From the NCBI GenBank assembly GCA_051530055.1, contig JBMGUZ010000013.1:1-58880 (forward strand): a DNA stretch of 58,880 bases, given 5' to 3'. This stretch comes from Neoechinorhynchus agilis (lineage: Eukaryota > Animalia > Acanthocephala). Below are positions 34,881 through 47,130 of the stretch, piece after piece; the first letter of the stretch is position 1; each line of letters begins with the position of its first letter. The notes under the pieces are model-generated. The model saw nothing but the letters and a program-made list of their open reading frames with translations. It searched no databases and was not told the DNA's origin. The position numbers and the translations under genes are program-made.

Positions 34881-35010
34881 GAACCCGTAATTGACTCCAA
34901 AATCAGCAGCCACATTAATTTATCCTGTGAGAAGTCAATTTTTTATGAGGACTTAATGTTCATTCTTTTAAAGATCTCATTCTTACACGCTCGTATTTAA
35001 ATTTTTCTAG

Positions 35011-35552
35011 ATGGAATCAAGTATTCGGTCGGTTCGATACACCACTCAATACATTCTAGCCACACCGCCGGATCCAAATCGGACGTTTCCGATTCGTCCT
35101 CAATATTGTGAAGGTTTCATTGTCGAATATACTCATAAAAATGCCTGCAATTGTCTTTAGACTGTGATATTCCCACTGACTTATGCCAATATGGACCTAA
35201 TGCGAATTTTTGCCAAAGAATCACCATTGCGCCAGAAGGTGAAGCAGTAGCTCCTTTAGTTCGTGCCGGAAGGGGCAAAAACAAGAAGACGGTTCAATCA
35301 AGTCCTGATCCAATTCATGTTCGATGCGAAAAGCGGAAAGGAAACAAGCATGTGACTGTTTTGAAAAATCTGAGTGCTCATGGAATTGACATTGATGCAG
35401 CCAGAAAGTATTTTGCCCAACACTTATCTTGTGGCTGTTCTAAAGGTTCTGACGATGAGATAATTATTCAGGGTGATTTCTGCAAAAAAATCGTTGGGAT
35501 CATCGTTGCAAAATGGAATCAAATCGAAGAAAGCATGGTAAATGTTGGCTGA
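35011..35552 (+). CDS. DENR: Density-regulated protein (translation re-initiation factor, SUI1 domain); exons 35011-35020, 35060-35113, 35161-35552
   Basis: Spliced product MESTTPPDPNRTFPIRPQYCEDCDIPTDLCQY...KKTVQ..HVTVLKNL..IDIDAARKYFAQHLSCGCS..DEIIIQGDF..IVAKW; introns of 39 and 47 nt, GT-AG. Confidence 0.88.
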
Positions 35553-35688
35553 TAACTCCCTCCCCTAACTAATTTAGAAAAATAAACCTAAGAAGTTTTT
35601 TAATTTCATTTGAGATTCTTCAAAGCTCTGGTTAGTAGTTAAAATAAACATAGGAAGAAAAAAAGGTGAATCATGATAAGAACACTAT

Positions 35689-37720
35689 ATGCTCTCGGAG
35701 TTTTTCACCATGTCGAGAAATATGTTGACTTTAGCTTGTCTTTTTCTTTCCCTCGCTGCCGTGTGCCCATTCAATGTACACTTTCGAAAATCATTTGATC
35801 CAATGTCCAATCAATATCCACCTAATCTTCTTCTTGTCTCATTTGATGGATTTCGAGCATCGTACCTAAAGCAACACTCACTTCCAGCGTTCGAAGCACT
35901 CATCAAAGATGGAATTTTCGTTAAAACTAAACCTGGATTCTCTTCTTTAACTTTTCCCAATCATTTTACAATGACAACGGGACTAGCACCGGTACGCCAT
36001 GGAATCATTGACAATTACATGTACGACAAGTTCCTACAGTCCAAATTTATGCCTAGAATTGCTTAATTTTTTATTAACGTCTTAGAATCTTGTGGTTTCA
36101 TGTTTAAATTAAAACAAATGCGACTTTTTTATCTTAATTTTAATAAGATAATTTTGTTGGGCACAGAACTTCCATGCGGTTCCCCGATTTATAATAAAAT
36201 AAGTGGAAATTTCAAAAAAATGCCAATAACATTTATAAAGAAATGCGACTTTTTTGATTTTAATTTTCATAGCAAGTGCGGTGCCAAGATGGACTACGGA
36301 CTCGATTGGTCCAAATCGGACCGGACGGCGCATCACCAGTTTCTCCTTGATAGTTTACCAGCCCGAATACGATTACTAAGAGAAAGTTGTCCCTTTCGGT
36401 TTCAGGAGCAGTCGGTGAAATGGCAAAAAAGAGGATTTGTCTCACTCTACATTATAAAAATAGCTATCGCTATTGAGACAATTAGTGTTGTCGGACCAAA
36501 TGGTTGATAGCCGAAGATAAAGATGTTTCTTGGTTCAATTTGGATTATTATCTTCAACGGGTTAAAAGAAACTTTCTTTTTCTTAGTAGTCGCTTATTTA
36601 TTTCACCTCTCTTATAATCCCCGGATGTTTAATTGATGGGGTTTTTTTAAGCGATTTAAATTCCTTTTTTTTAAGTATTATTCAATCCTAGACGACACAA
36701 TGTCTTGTTGTGACAGGGACGATCGTTGGTGGGCGCAGAATCCTCACACGCTTCCCATTTACATTTATAATAAAATCAATGGAAATGGACGAAACAGTGG
36801 AGCGATCAATTTCCTCGGATCCTTATCTTCGTATTGGGGTCATTCAATGACCGACGTGAATTCCTACGACAGTAAACTCGAATGGGAGCATATTGTAAAC
36901 AACATTACACTCATGTTTCTTAGAAGAGAAAATCCAATCAATCTTGGTCTCATTTATAAAAACGAGCCTGATAGTACTGGACATCGATTCGGTCCTGAAT
37001 CAAGAGAAATGGGCGATACGTTGATGAAAGTTAATAGCTATTTAGAATATTTGATCTCACATTTACAAAGCGTCGATCTTTGGAACGATATGAATGTTAT
37101 TGTCACTACGGACCATGGAATGACTGATACTCATAAAAGCGATGCTTTGGTCTTAGAAAACTATATTGATTTGGCGAGTATAAATCTCACAAATGCACTT
37201 ACTATTGCCCATATCTTTACAAAAACAAGTAAGACTTCTCGTCGTGATCAATGATGATCTACAGGTTTTTTAAAGGCCAAGAAGCTATCGCCGTGAAGAA
37301 CAAACTGTCGAATATACCGAACTTTGGAGTATATCTAAGGGAAGAAGTTCCAGAAGTTCTTGAATTTAGCCGTAATATCAGAATAGGTGATGTGGTGATT
37401 TTACCAAACAAGGGATATCTAATATTCCAAGATCAAGCGTCTCTTGAATCCAATACTATGAGTAATTTTACTAGATACTTTTTATCTCCATTAATCTTTC
37501 TTTTTTTTCATTAGGGGGCAGCCATGGATATGACAACAATGATGAAGACATGCATGGAATATTCATTGCGAGAGGACCCGCCATTAATAAAGGAGCCTCT
37601 GTAGAAGGTGGAATCATTAATCTTCATGATGTGTATCCGTTTATGACTCACGTTTTACGACTGCCTCAAAGGCAAACGGATGGACAGTTCGATAAAGTCA
37701 AGGCGTTGTTAAAGTTTTGA
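35689..37720 (+). CDS. ENPP: Ectonucleotide pyrophosphatase/phosphodiesterase (ENPP4/5-like), about 4 exons, signal peptide
   Basis: LLLVSFDGFRASYL, SLTFPNHFTMTTGL..HGIIDN, NEPDSTGHRFGP, VIVTTDHGMT, HGYDN..MHGIFIARGP. Confidence 0.9.
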
Positions 37721-39024
37721 AACACTTGTAACACTTGAAAATTGAACTTTAATTGAGAAAATTTAACAAAATGATGTTTAGTTATTGCTAAATTCATAAC
37801 CGGGAGAGTGTAGAAATTCGTTCAAATTTACAATGAGGCTATTAAAATATTGTAAAGAAATTATTCATTATAATTTCAGTTTCAATTAGCGATGTTTGAT
37901 TTAGAAATAGATTTATTCCATCCAATTGGTCCTTCGAGTAGATGTGTATTCTCAATGGCGAATTGTAACATAATCGAGTTTTATTGAAATCTTTGTTGCG
38001 AATTTTCAAGGCCTCCGCATCCTTCTACCAACTTAAGGAAATAAATTTATATTTAAAATTTTCGGCTTTTCCGTTTTATTTCTTCGATCAATTGTTTCGC
38101 AAGTGTGACTGTAGAAGGCCAACGAAAAGGCCGAAAATTTTCAATATAAATCTATTTCTGAACCAAACATCGCTAATTGATATTAAAATATTTTGGAATT
38201 TACGAATATTTTATGATTCGGTGCTCGATACCTTCTTTTTATTCTTATCTTACTATTTATAAGGAAATTCAATGAAAAATCAGTTTTTTGTCGATTCTAT
38301 TAAATGTTTTTAGAACATCCCTTCATCATATTCTTTTTTAGGCATACAGCCAAACTGATCTCTTGAGAAATGATTGAATCACTTTGACTCTCAAAAACAT
38401 ACGGTAGCGAGTTTTTAAAAATCCATCCGGATCCTCTTCCTAGGAGGATGCGGGACTCATCAGTGGTCTCCTGATCGCAATCCGCGCCAAATTTCGAGGC
38501 ATTTCCTTTGATTAGTTTTAAAGGACAATTCAACGAGATTTAACCATCACTCTATGTACAAAAAAGGTATTTCAAAAAAGAGTCCGTAAATTTAATGTCC
38601 AATTTTCAAAAAATAAAATTTATCATAGCCACAATAAAAAAAGAATTTAGTCTTAATAAAATAGTGGCATAAACTGATGAGTTCCGCCTCAGGGATTCGT
38701 ACAAACTCTTCAATTAAGTTTGATTTTATGCGCTTCCCTGACCAATGAGTCGATTGGCTCAGCCGTGAAAAAAAAGTCACACATCCCGACTTGAACGGAA
38801 TTAAAGATTCTATTAAACTTTACTTGTTCCATTTCACAATTTTTATAACTTAGTTATGATAGATTCGGTCGGGGAAAACCTTAAACTCGAAATGGTTTTA
38901 TGAAATCTTCTAATGCGAGATATATTTATTAACCTGGACGGCAATCGCGATTCAATCTTTAAAAAAAGTAATATTTCAATTCCAATCAGGGCTATTTAGT
39001 TGCTGCATTGAAACAACAGTCAGA

Positions 39025-42000
39025 TCATTGAACTGAAAACATTTTCCCTAATCGGCTATCTTTGTCCAAGTTCAGCATGTTTCTAATCTCAAACAACGAC
39101 AGGCCACTTGCTAGAAGTTTTGTCCTCACAATCGTGAGTAGAGACGGAGTATTAGAAAGATGAGCGGCGAGTTCATTTAGCTGATGTTCCGTTTTAAGAG
39201 GGAAATTGTTTGTTTCTTCAGTAAAAAAGGATGTACTTAGATAACTGACTGTTCTCTTAAAAGGAAAACAGACGCATATCTGATAAAGAAGAAGAATAAA
39301 ATTCGAAACAATACTTCCAGTGTACGGGGCAGTTGACTTCATCTCGTTGTATTTCAAGATTAATAGATCGTCTTCAGGTTGTCTATCGTTACTATTGGCC
39401 GAACTAAGATGTTCCTGGAGTTTGGTAAGTTGGTTGGTATGCAACACTTCGTATTCGTATTTAATGTAGTCCAACACTGCAACAACGAATCGCTTTGAGT
39501 CAAACATTTCGGTCGATGGCACGAATAACCTAAACATGGTTTTTCCGATTTAACAGGTTTCAACGAATATTTCTTAAGAAAAACAGCTACAAAACGTTTT
39601 TCTTTGCACAAAATACAGGAGACATCTAGCTGATATTTCCAAATCCTTTTTTTTCGGATTTGTGATATCTGTCATAGTTCTTGAGTTATACGTCTTTCAA
39701 TTTTTACACAAACCAACTTGATTATCTATATCAAAACATCAATTTATCGAAGCAAACCCGATTGATCAGTTCAAATTTCTCTTTTCATACTTCGTACCGT
39801 CTTTCACGATGCACGTAATTTCAAAAGGAAGAAATATAAAGTCTGAATTCAAACGGAAACATTATTTTCATTAAATTTTAGTCTATCCCTTTCTTGTCCG
39901 GCGTATTTTTAGGCATAAACCCAAACAAATTACACCAGAGAAGTGATATAACCACATAGTCTCCAATGCACGGTTAAAAGTTTGTACATTCCTCCGGATC
40001 CTCAGATACCTCCAGGAGGCGGGACTCATCACTGAGTTTCCTCCCACCAACGAGATATTTCGTCTGCTTTGGCTGTGCGTCATTGGCGGTAACGGATTCG
40101 AACCGTTATATCACTTCTCTGATGTAATTGGTTTGGCTTTATGCCTAAAAATAAGCCGAACAAGAAGGGACAAACTAAAACCTAATCATGATAACAAAAC
40201 CGGCTTGCCAGTAAAAACTTAAAATTGAAACATTGTTTGAATCTCTTAAATCGTTAGCGATTATTTAAGACAGAAACTTCATCTATAAATGGAAAATCAA
40301 CGTGTTATGATCTCCTTAGTTTTGAAGTTGACAATTGGGAGAGGGCTGTTGTAATGACAAAAAGAAAATCTTTATTTCCGAGAGTTTTCTCCGTCTTAAG
40401 GCTTCTTCAGGAATTGTTAAAGTGTTTTATGAGTGCGGACAAAATACTTTAACAATTCCTCAAGAAGCCGTAAGACGGCGAAAGATCTCGGAAATAAGGA
40501 TTCAATTTATCATTACAAGAGTTCAAGCAAATGACGATATGTGAGGTACCCGGGGAATGTGATTATTGGAATTATTGTTTAGAAGTCTTCATTCGCGGTG
40601 AATGATTTCTTTTCGATTAAAAAGACGTTCTGTGTACCTTGTCGGATTACCGGGTGTAGACCTAAACAATAATTCCAAGAAATGACGATATGTGAGGTAC
40701 CGGGGGAATGTGATTATTGGAATTATTGTTTAGAAGTCTTCATTCGCGGCAAATGATTTCTTTTCGATTAAAAAGGCGTTCTGTGGACCTCGTCGGATTA
40801 CCGGTTTCAAGAGTTCAAGTTTTCCATTTTCGAAAACAGACTTAGGTCCCATCGTAAGGAAAGTCGCTCACCTGCTAGGAGAATAATTACTCAATATCGT
40901 CCATAAAGCACTCATGTACCTATTAAGTAAGTGCCTTCCACCACAGAGCCCGCCTGATAACAGATTGTCGATACATGAGAATTGAAAGCCATGATCTATC
41001 AATTGATGCATAATATTTAGTTTAGTATCATCCGAGTGAACGGCCAATTTAAATGCGGCATCCATTAGAGTGCCACGGATACGGTATTGCCGTAACTCCT
41101 TCATTTGATCTTTGCTAATAGAATCCAAGATGGCATCGAATGCGTTAACGTAGCTGTGTTTTATACATTTCAAAAGAACCATAAACAATTGATCACTTGA
41201 ATGGGTAGATTTGTTAATCAGAAGTCGACAAATGTATGCGTTGTTATTGGAAGCTGCAATATGGAGCGGAAGCTTAAATTGCCCAAATCCTTGATGAACG
41301 TTGCGATGGTGGCTTAGGTAGAGCTCGCGATAGTTTAAGAATAATGATTGCCATCGAATGAATTAAATTTGGCCATTTTTTGTGAAAATAATTTTCTCAA
41401 CTTCTTGATTAAAACACAAACTGTTGATTATAGGCACCAATAACCTTTCAAGGTACTTACAAATGTTATTTAGAAGTCTTCACCCTTCATCATTTTTAGA
41501 ACTGTAAAGTCTCTAGTACAAAAATTATTTACGGGTTGAATATTTCTAAATAATATCGATATTTCAACGCGCCTGCCATTTCATTATGACGGAAAAATTG
41601 AAGGAATTTACTGAATTCGATATTTCAGCACAATGGTGTGAATTTATAAGTGTTGTAAATTTATTTTAATCAAACAGATCTAACTCGAGGATTTACTTTT
41701 AAATTCAATTGATCACCGAGATTTAATTAAGATTTAACGAATAAACCTAACGTTTTAAGGGATTTAGATACTCGAAAAACCTGAGCGTTGCTGTTAATCT
41801 GTGAGCCTGAGTTTGTAAAGGAAGTCAGAAGCTATGATCGTGTATTTTAAACTTTTGACAATAAAAAGTTCCAAAGCAATTTCTCTACATCATATAGATT
41901 TTACCGATCTGTGTTAGGGAAGCGAATGTATCACTCCTCAAATACGTCCTTGGGTGGGGAATATAAGTGAATTTCCTTCAGCGGTATTTCGTCCTCTTTT

Positions 42001-42790
42001 AAATTGAACCCTTTGACCCTTAAAATTGGATTAGGAGCACTGGACTACCACAACACAGCTAAGGAATGTGCAAACTCTGCCAGTTTTTAGCCGGGGGTAT
42101 TTAAATCGCAAATCTTGAAAATATATTTTAATATTAAATACTTTTATGGCGGAAAAAATTGAAGGAATTTATCATTTCTAGAAACTCATGTAGCTACAAA
42201 ACAAAAATTAAATACTTTAACAAACTTTTCTTTATAAATAATGTAATTTCTCTAAATGATTGCGAGCCTTTGAATACCTTTGATGGTTTAGAAGCTCCCC
42301 TAAAGTAGTCTCACGATAGCAATCATTACCATGCAGCACAATCAGGACTTGAGAAATACTTATCAGTTGCCGAAGCAGCATCCGTAGTACAAACGTCCAC
42401 ATGTTCCAGGCTGAGTAGATACTCAACTTGTCGATTTAGATTCAAAAATACTGCTAGACATAGTGCACCAAGTCCCCATGGTTTACATTTATTTAGCGAG
42501 AGGTTAGGATTAATCTGCAGCAATAACTTGATTTGCTCCGGAGAACCCGATTGAACGGCGTAGAAGAGAGGACAACGAAGATCGAACAAATGCTCGAAAT
42601 TTGGTTCATCTTCTGTATTGCGAATACCTTGTTGAAGAGATGATTTATCGGTTATAAGAAGAGCTCTTTCCGTCAAGAGACGATCTTCCTTCATATAATT
42701 TAAGGTTTTATCATTTACACAAGAAAAGAGAAGGCGATTACAAAGCTCCTTTAACCTTGGATTGTCGTCCATTTCAACCATTGTGAGCAT
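39025..42790 (-). CDS. Ankyrin-repeat protein with C-terminal SOCS-box-like motif (ASB-like), multi-exon; may be frameshifted
   Basis: Ankyrin motifs PLFYAVQSGSPEQIKLLL, GALCLAV..QVEYLL, LPLHIAASNNNAYICRLLI (~41220-41280); C-terminal PSLLTIVRTKLL. Confidence 0.6.
39876..40180. mobile_element. MITE/foldback-like element: ~77-bp inverted arms with a 152-bp spacer
   Basis: 39876-39952 is about 88% identical to the reverse complement of 40105-40180; no clear TSD. Confidence 0.55.
40367..40502. repeat. Long near-perfect hairpin (~62-bp arms, 12-nt loop)
   Basis: aatctttatttccgaga...aggaattgttaaagtgtttt pairs with aaaatactttaacaattcct...tctcggaaataaggatt. Confidence 0.85.
40526..40803. repeat. 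Tandem duplication, ~151-bp period, 2 copies
   Basis: aaatgacgatatgtgaggtacc at ~40529 and ~40680; related sequence at ~57400-57430. Confidence 0.8.
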
Positions 42791-43039
42791 CTTAAAAATA
42801 AAGAACCGGTAAGAGGCGACGATATAAGAGAATTTCCTTTATCTAGAAGACGTCGCATCGTCTGCAGCGTTCATCAACAACTATATGTACGCCATTAAAA
42901 GAAGCACTGGGAGAGAGAAAATGAACCTTGTAACAACAATTGTGCCTATTAGAATACCGCAACTATATTTTTAGAATTAAAGTGAACAGTTAAGTCTGAT
43001 TGAATTTTTTTTCATTCAATCTTCATTTCTCGGCAATTA

Positions 43040-43330
43040 ACACACTCACCACCTCCCGCCGAATTCCAGCTTTTGTCCTTCCTCGACCGTCGTCATCACG
43101 ATGGCAGCAATGCCCCGTTGTACTGCTAGCGAGATATTTTGTCGAAGGAATACGCCTGCTCTTGAGTCTCCGGTTGCCTCTCTCAATTTCTTCGAGAGAT
43201 CCTGGAGCAGAGAGAGTGCCGAGCGCTCCATACGTCTCTACCCCAAAGGGAGTAAAGTTAAACAAACTTTTCCGGGGATCAAAAATGATTGTCTGTGAAT
43301 GAGAAAAAAGATGCTTTACTTTCAATAACT
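43040..43330 (-). mobile_element. CRE-like non-LTR 3'-end fragment
   Basis: FTPFGVETYG, LSKKLREATGDSRAGVFLRQNISLAVQRG. Confidence 0.75.
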
Positions 43331-43599
43331 AAATTAAAGTCGCTTAGACGACTTTAAGATCGGACGATGGATTTGTTCGCCATAACAATCGTAACTTTTC
43401 CACTCATTGTAATGTTAAATGAAAGCAAAAATTCTCGCTTTTATGAGATATTCGAAGTAAAGCAACTGATTTTCTAATGTCCGGTTGAAATTTAGAACTT
43501 TTAAAGTGTCAGTTTTAGGTAAACATCCAAAAATGTTGATAATGATCGTTTTTAACCTTTAAAACCAGAATGAAATCTATCACCGCTTTTCTGGATCAC

Positions 43600-43855
43600 T
43601 CTGGAGCCGTCCTGGTGTAACGGTCGAAAGGACGGATGCAGCGTTCCCTCGTTGCACAGCTAGACTAGTGTTTTGCAGAAGGAATACTACTGATCTCGGA
43701 TCGCCAGTGATTCATCTCAATCTCTTAGACAATTGTTTGACCAGGTCCTGCGCCGCGGTACCAAACGATCCGAATGCCTCGGCACCAAAAGGAACAAAAT
43801 AATGATTTCGACCCATGTCAAAGTATTTTGTCTTTTGCACACGTGAACGAGCTTA
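43600..43855 (-). mobile_element. Second CRE-like 3'-end fragment
   Basis: Manual translation KTKYFDMGRNHYFVPFGAEAFG..LSKRL*ITGDPRSVVFLLQNTSLAVQRGNAASV. Confidence 0.75.
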
Positions 43856-44492
43856 AGGAACAAATTGAGATATTTCTGCGACCTAACGGAATATCTCGTT
43901 TCAATAAAATACGTTTTCTATCCGACGGATGATTAGGATCACCACACATCTCGAGCATTAATCCCGAATAGAAAATGTATTTTATTGAGATATTTCGAAA
44001 GCGTGATCAATAATTGTTTGAAGGCTGGGATTTCGCTTGATTTTAAAATACAATATAGTTCAAAATCGCAAAATCAATTAGCGATCGTGAATATTTGATC
44101 GTTCGCAATGAAAATTACGACAAAGAGAATTTATGCAATAGTCAGATTTAAACAAATTGTAATATTGAACAAATACTTTGTCCTCGTTCATGTTCGATTC
44201 AGTACCGTTCGATTAGATTTAAGAGGGTCATAACAATACGCAATTTCGAGTAGGAAAAGTGAATTAAGCGAAATATCGATTTCCGAGCTAACCTCTTTCC
44301 AACTGAATTTCTAATATCTTAATTATTGACAAAAAACAACGGACACTATAAAGACGTTAACCAATTTTAAACTATGAAAAAATAAGGTGTTGACGAATTT
44401 AGAAATTCTATTAAAAATTTTTTGGATAAAACAATATGCCAACTTCAACAAACCTAATAACACACACTCGCATATTATTCTTTCCTATAATT

Positions 44493-46417
44493 TCATCGGC
44501 TATCTTCAATCGAACTCGAAGAAGTACTTGGCGATCTTTTCTTCTTCTTTTTATCCTTCTTATGTTTCTTAGAACTCTTATGCTTGTGTTTCCGTTTACT
44601 GGACTTCTTATGGCCCTTCGATTTATCCTTTTTCTTTTTCTTCTCACGGTCATGCCGTTTCCTTTCACTGCCATTTCTGTTGTCTGATGTAGGCGGAGAT
44701 CTTTTCAAATCTCTACTCACATTGTCATCCACCTTCTTGATCTTCACTTTACGATCCACCGATTCCCGCTTTCGTGGCGTCGATGAACGCCGTCTAAAGT
44801 GTTCAAATCAGCAAAAAGGAAAGAAAATCATGAGACTTTAAAACAAATAAAGTCAGCCTCAGACTCCTGCGCAAATATACATCATGTTTGAACTTACCTT
44901 GCACGAGGTTTAGACTTTCTGGAATCATCAGATCGACTTTTGTCTCGTTTGTGTGAACGCCTTGGTGGCGAATGCTCGATTCGTCTTTCTTCTTCTACTA
45001 CCCGATTACGGTCATCATATCTCCTCGGTGGATAATACCGAGCCGGAGGAGATCTATAATGGAAAAGACTTTACTATTTCTCCCTCGAAGAAGAAAACAA
45101 TACCTTGAATCTCGGCTGTTTGAACGGTATCTTCTTCTTCTTGGAGGCGATCTTCTATACGGTGAAAATCGCCGTTCGTAATATCGATTACGGAAATGAG
45201 GTCGATAAGGTCGATATTGTTGTTGTTGTTGCTGCTGCTGCTGAGGACTCCGTCTATACACAGGCGAACGTGATCGTCTTCGAGGTGTCCGTGACCTACG
45301 ACGACTACTAGTAGCACTCTTTACCGGTGGTGATCGTTGCCAATTGAGTATTTTGAGATCTCGTTCAGTCAATAAAGATGCTGATTTAAAAATCGGGGCT
45401 TCAGCGTGATACACACGCAGCTCGTGGTCCAACAATCGAAATCCATTGAGGCAAAGGGCATTCGCGATTGTGGCAATCTCCGTGAACTCAACATAAACGG
45501 CTCTATAATCGCGATCGGTTGCATCCCGCATGAACCGAACTTCACCTACTTGACTCAAAAAATCACAAAATATCTCCAATGATATGTGAGCTGGTACGTT
45601 TTCAATATACAATGTCCTTCTTCATCTACCGTTCATAATCCGGAAACTCGAGAAAGGAAGAGAAAGAGACTCTCTAAGACGACGAAAATAATGGATTAGT
45701 TCTTTAAAATCACCTGATTTTCCTAAAACTACAATACTCACAATGTTTGTATCAGTAGCAGCTCGCAACCTCTATAGAAATGCGCAATAATTTGTTGAGC
45801 TTAAAAATTCATGTCTACCATCTCCTTCTTTTTTTATAGTCCATTCCAATTCATATCTTTAACGTAGAACAAATTGACTCTAAACGACAGACTTAAAACA
45901 CCAGTGAGAAGGAGAGATTATGAACGGCAAATCTAGTTTCCTCTGCTTTTGTGTAATCCAAAGATCCAGGTAGTTCAGGAAACGCAGGCAAACCTCGTTC
46001 TTCCAACAATGGCCAAATAGTCCTTATTTTGGCTTTAACCCCTTGACCAACGACTTTGTTCAACATTGTTGAATCCCACGTGACTCCACCTGCAATAAAG
46101 GTTACGTTAAGATCCAAAGGTGCACAATATAGCATAGCTTCAGCTTCCAAAGGAATCCGATTAGACAATACACAAGTAACGATCAGTGCCTTCTCAAGAA
46201 ACATTGTATTGGTCAAATGAACTGCCATACGGGCACAATCGGAATACTTGAATCGAATGTATCCAACTCGAGCAGCGACTGAAGCACATCGCTCCTCTGT
46301 AGTTGGATACAATACATACTCCTCAATGGGACCTACACTCGAGAATAAAGTGTAGAATTGATCATTACTTGAATTGAGCGATATGTTAGCTATCTGGACT
46401 ACATGGACCGCATTCAT
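44493..46417 (-). CDS. SREK1: SR-related splicing factor SREK1/SRSF11 (Srp54)-like: two RRMs + RS and K-rich tail, at least 4 exons
   Basis: RRM1 VVQIANIS..FSSVGPIEEYVLYP..RVGYIRF..HLTNTMFLEKALIVT; RRM2 RTLYIENV..QVGEVRFMR..VYVEF..ALCLNG; RS repeats; GT-AG introns near 45054-45100 and 44790-44895. Confidence 0.8.
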
Positions 46418-46459
46418 CTGAAGCATATAAACATTTTGACCTTGAAAATGTGGAAAAGG

Positions 46460-47130
46460 AGTTTAAAGAAGAAATCGTAGGTTTTGAAAACGAATCGGAA
46501 AAACACAAGAAGGCTAAGAAATATGTTCAAGAATAAACAGATTAAGCGAGACAAAATAAAGGAGAGAAATTTAAAGAAGAAATCGTAGGTTTCTTTTAAA
46601 CAAAAAAGGGAAAAACAAGAATGCTAAGAAATATGTTCAAGAATAAACAGATTAAGCGAGACAAAATAAAGGAGAGAAATTTAAAGAAGAAATCGTAGGT
46701 TTCTTTTAAACAAAAAAGGGAAAATAACAAGAATGCTAAGAAATATGTTCAAGATTAAACAGATTAAGCGAGACAAAATAAAGGAGAGAAATTTAAAGAA
46801 GAAATCGTAGGTTTCTTTTTGAAAACGAATCGGAAAAACACAAGAAGGCTAAGAAATATGTTCAAGAATAAACAGATTAAGCGAGACAAAATAAAGGAGA
46901 GAAATTTAAAGAAGAAATCGTAGGTTTCTTTTAAACAAAAAAGGGAAAAACAAGAATGCTAAGAAATATGTTCAAGAATAAACAGATTAAGCGAGACAAA
47001 ATAAAGGAGAGAAATTTAAAGAAGAAATCGTAGGTTTCTTTTAAAAAACGAATCGAAAAAACAAGAATGCGAAGAAATTTGTTCAAAACTAAACAGACCA
47101 AGCGAGACAAAATGAAAAAAGTAAAGATTT
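46460..47130. repeat. Tandem repeat, ~110-bp unit, ~6 copies, upstream of the SREK1-like ATG
   Basis: gaagaaatcgtagg recurs every 110-114 bp. Confidence 0.92.

Noticed and set aside
38300-38533. Polinton PolB-like GSGW motif in a short ORF
   Set aside because: A four-residue match with no supporting downstream motifs.
39960-40050. HDV-like ribozyme (minus strand, GTCCCGCCTCCTGGAGG)
   Set aside because: A P3/L3-like piece is present, but P1 lacks the G1 wobble and P2/J4/2 are not convincing; not conserved in the related copy at ~38450.
40084-40145. tRNA gene
   Set aside because: Only a T-arm and a 3' acceptor-like strand; no D-arm, anticodon arm or complementary 5' acceptor strand.
44411-45317. 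Overlapping hydrophobic or low-complexity ORFs on both strands
   Set aside because: Frame shadows of the RS/K-rich SREK1-like exons.
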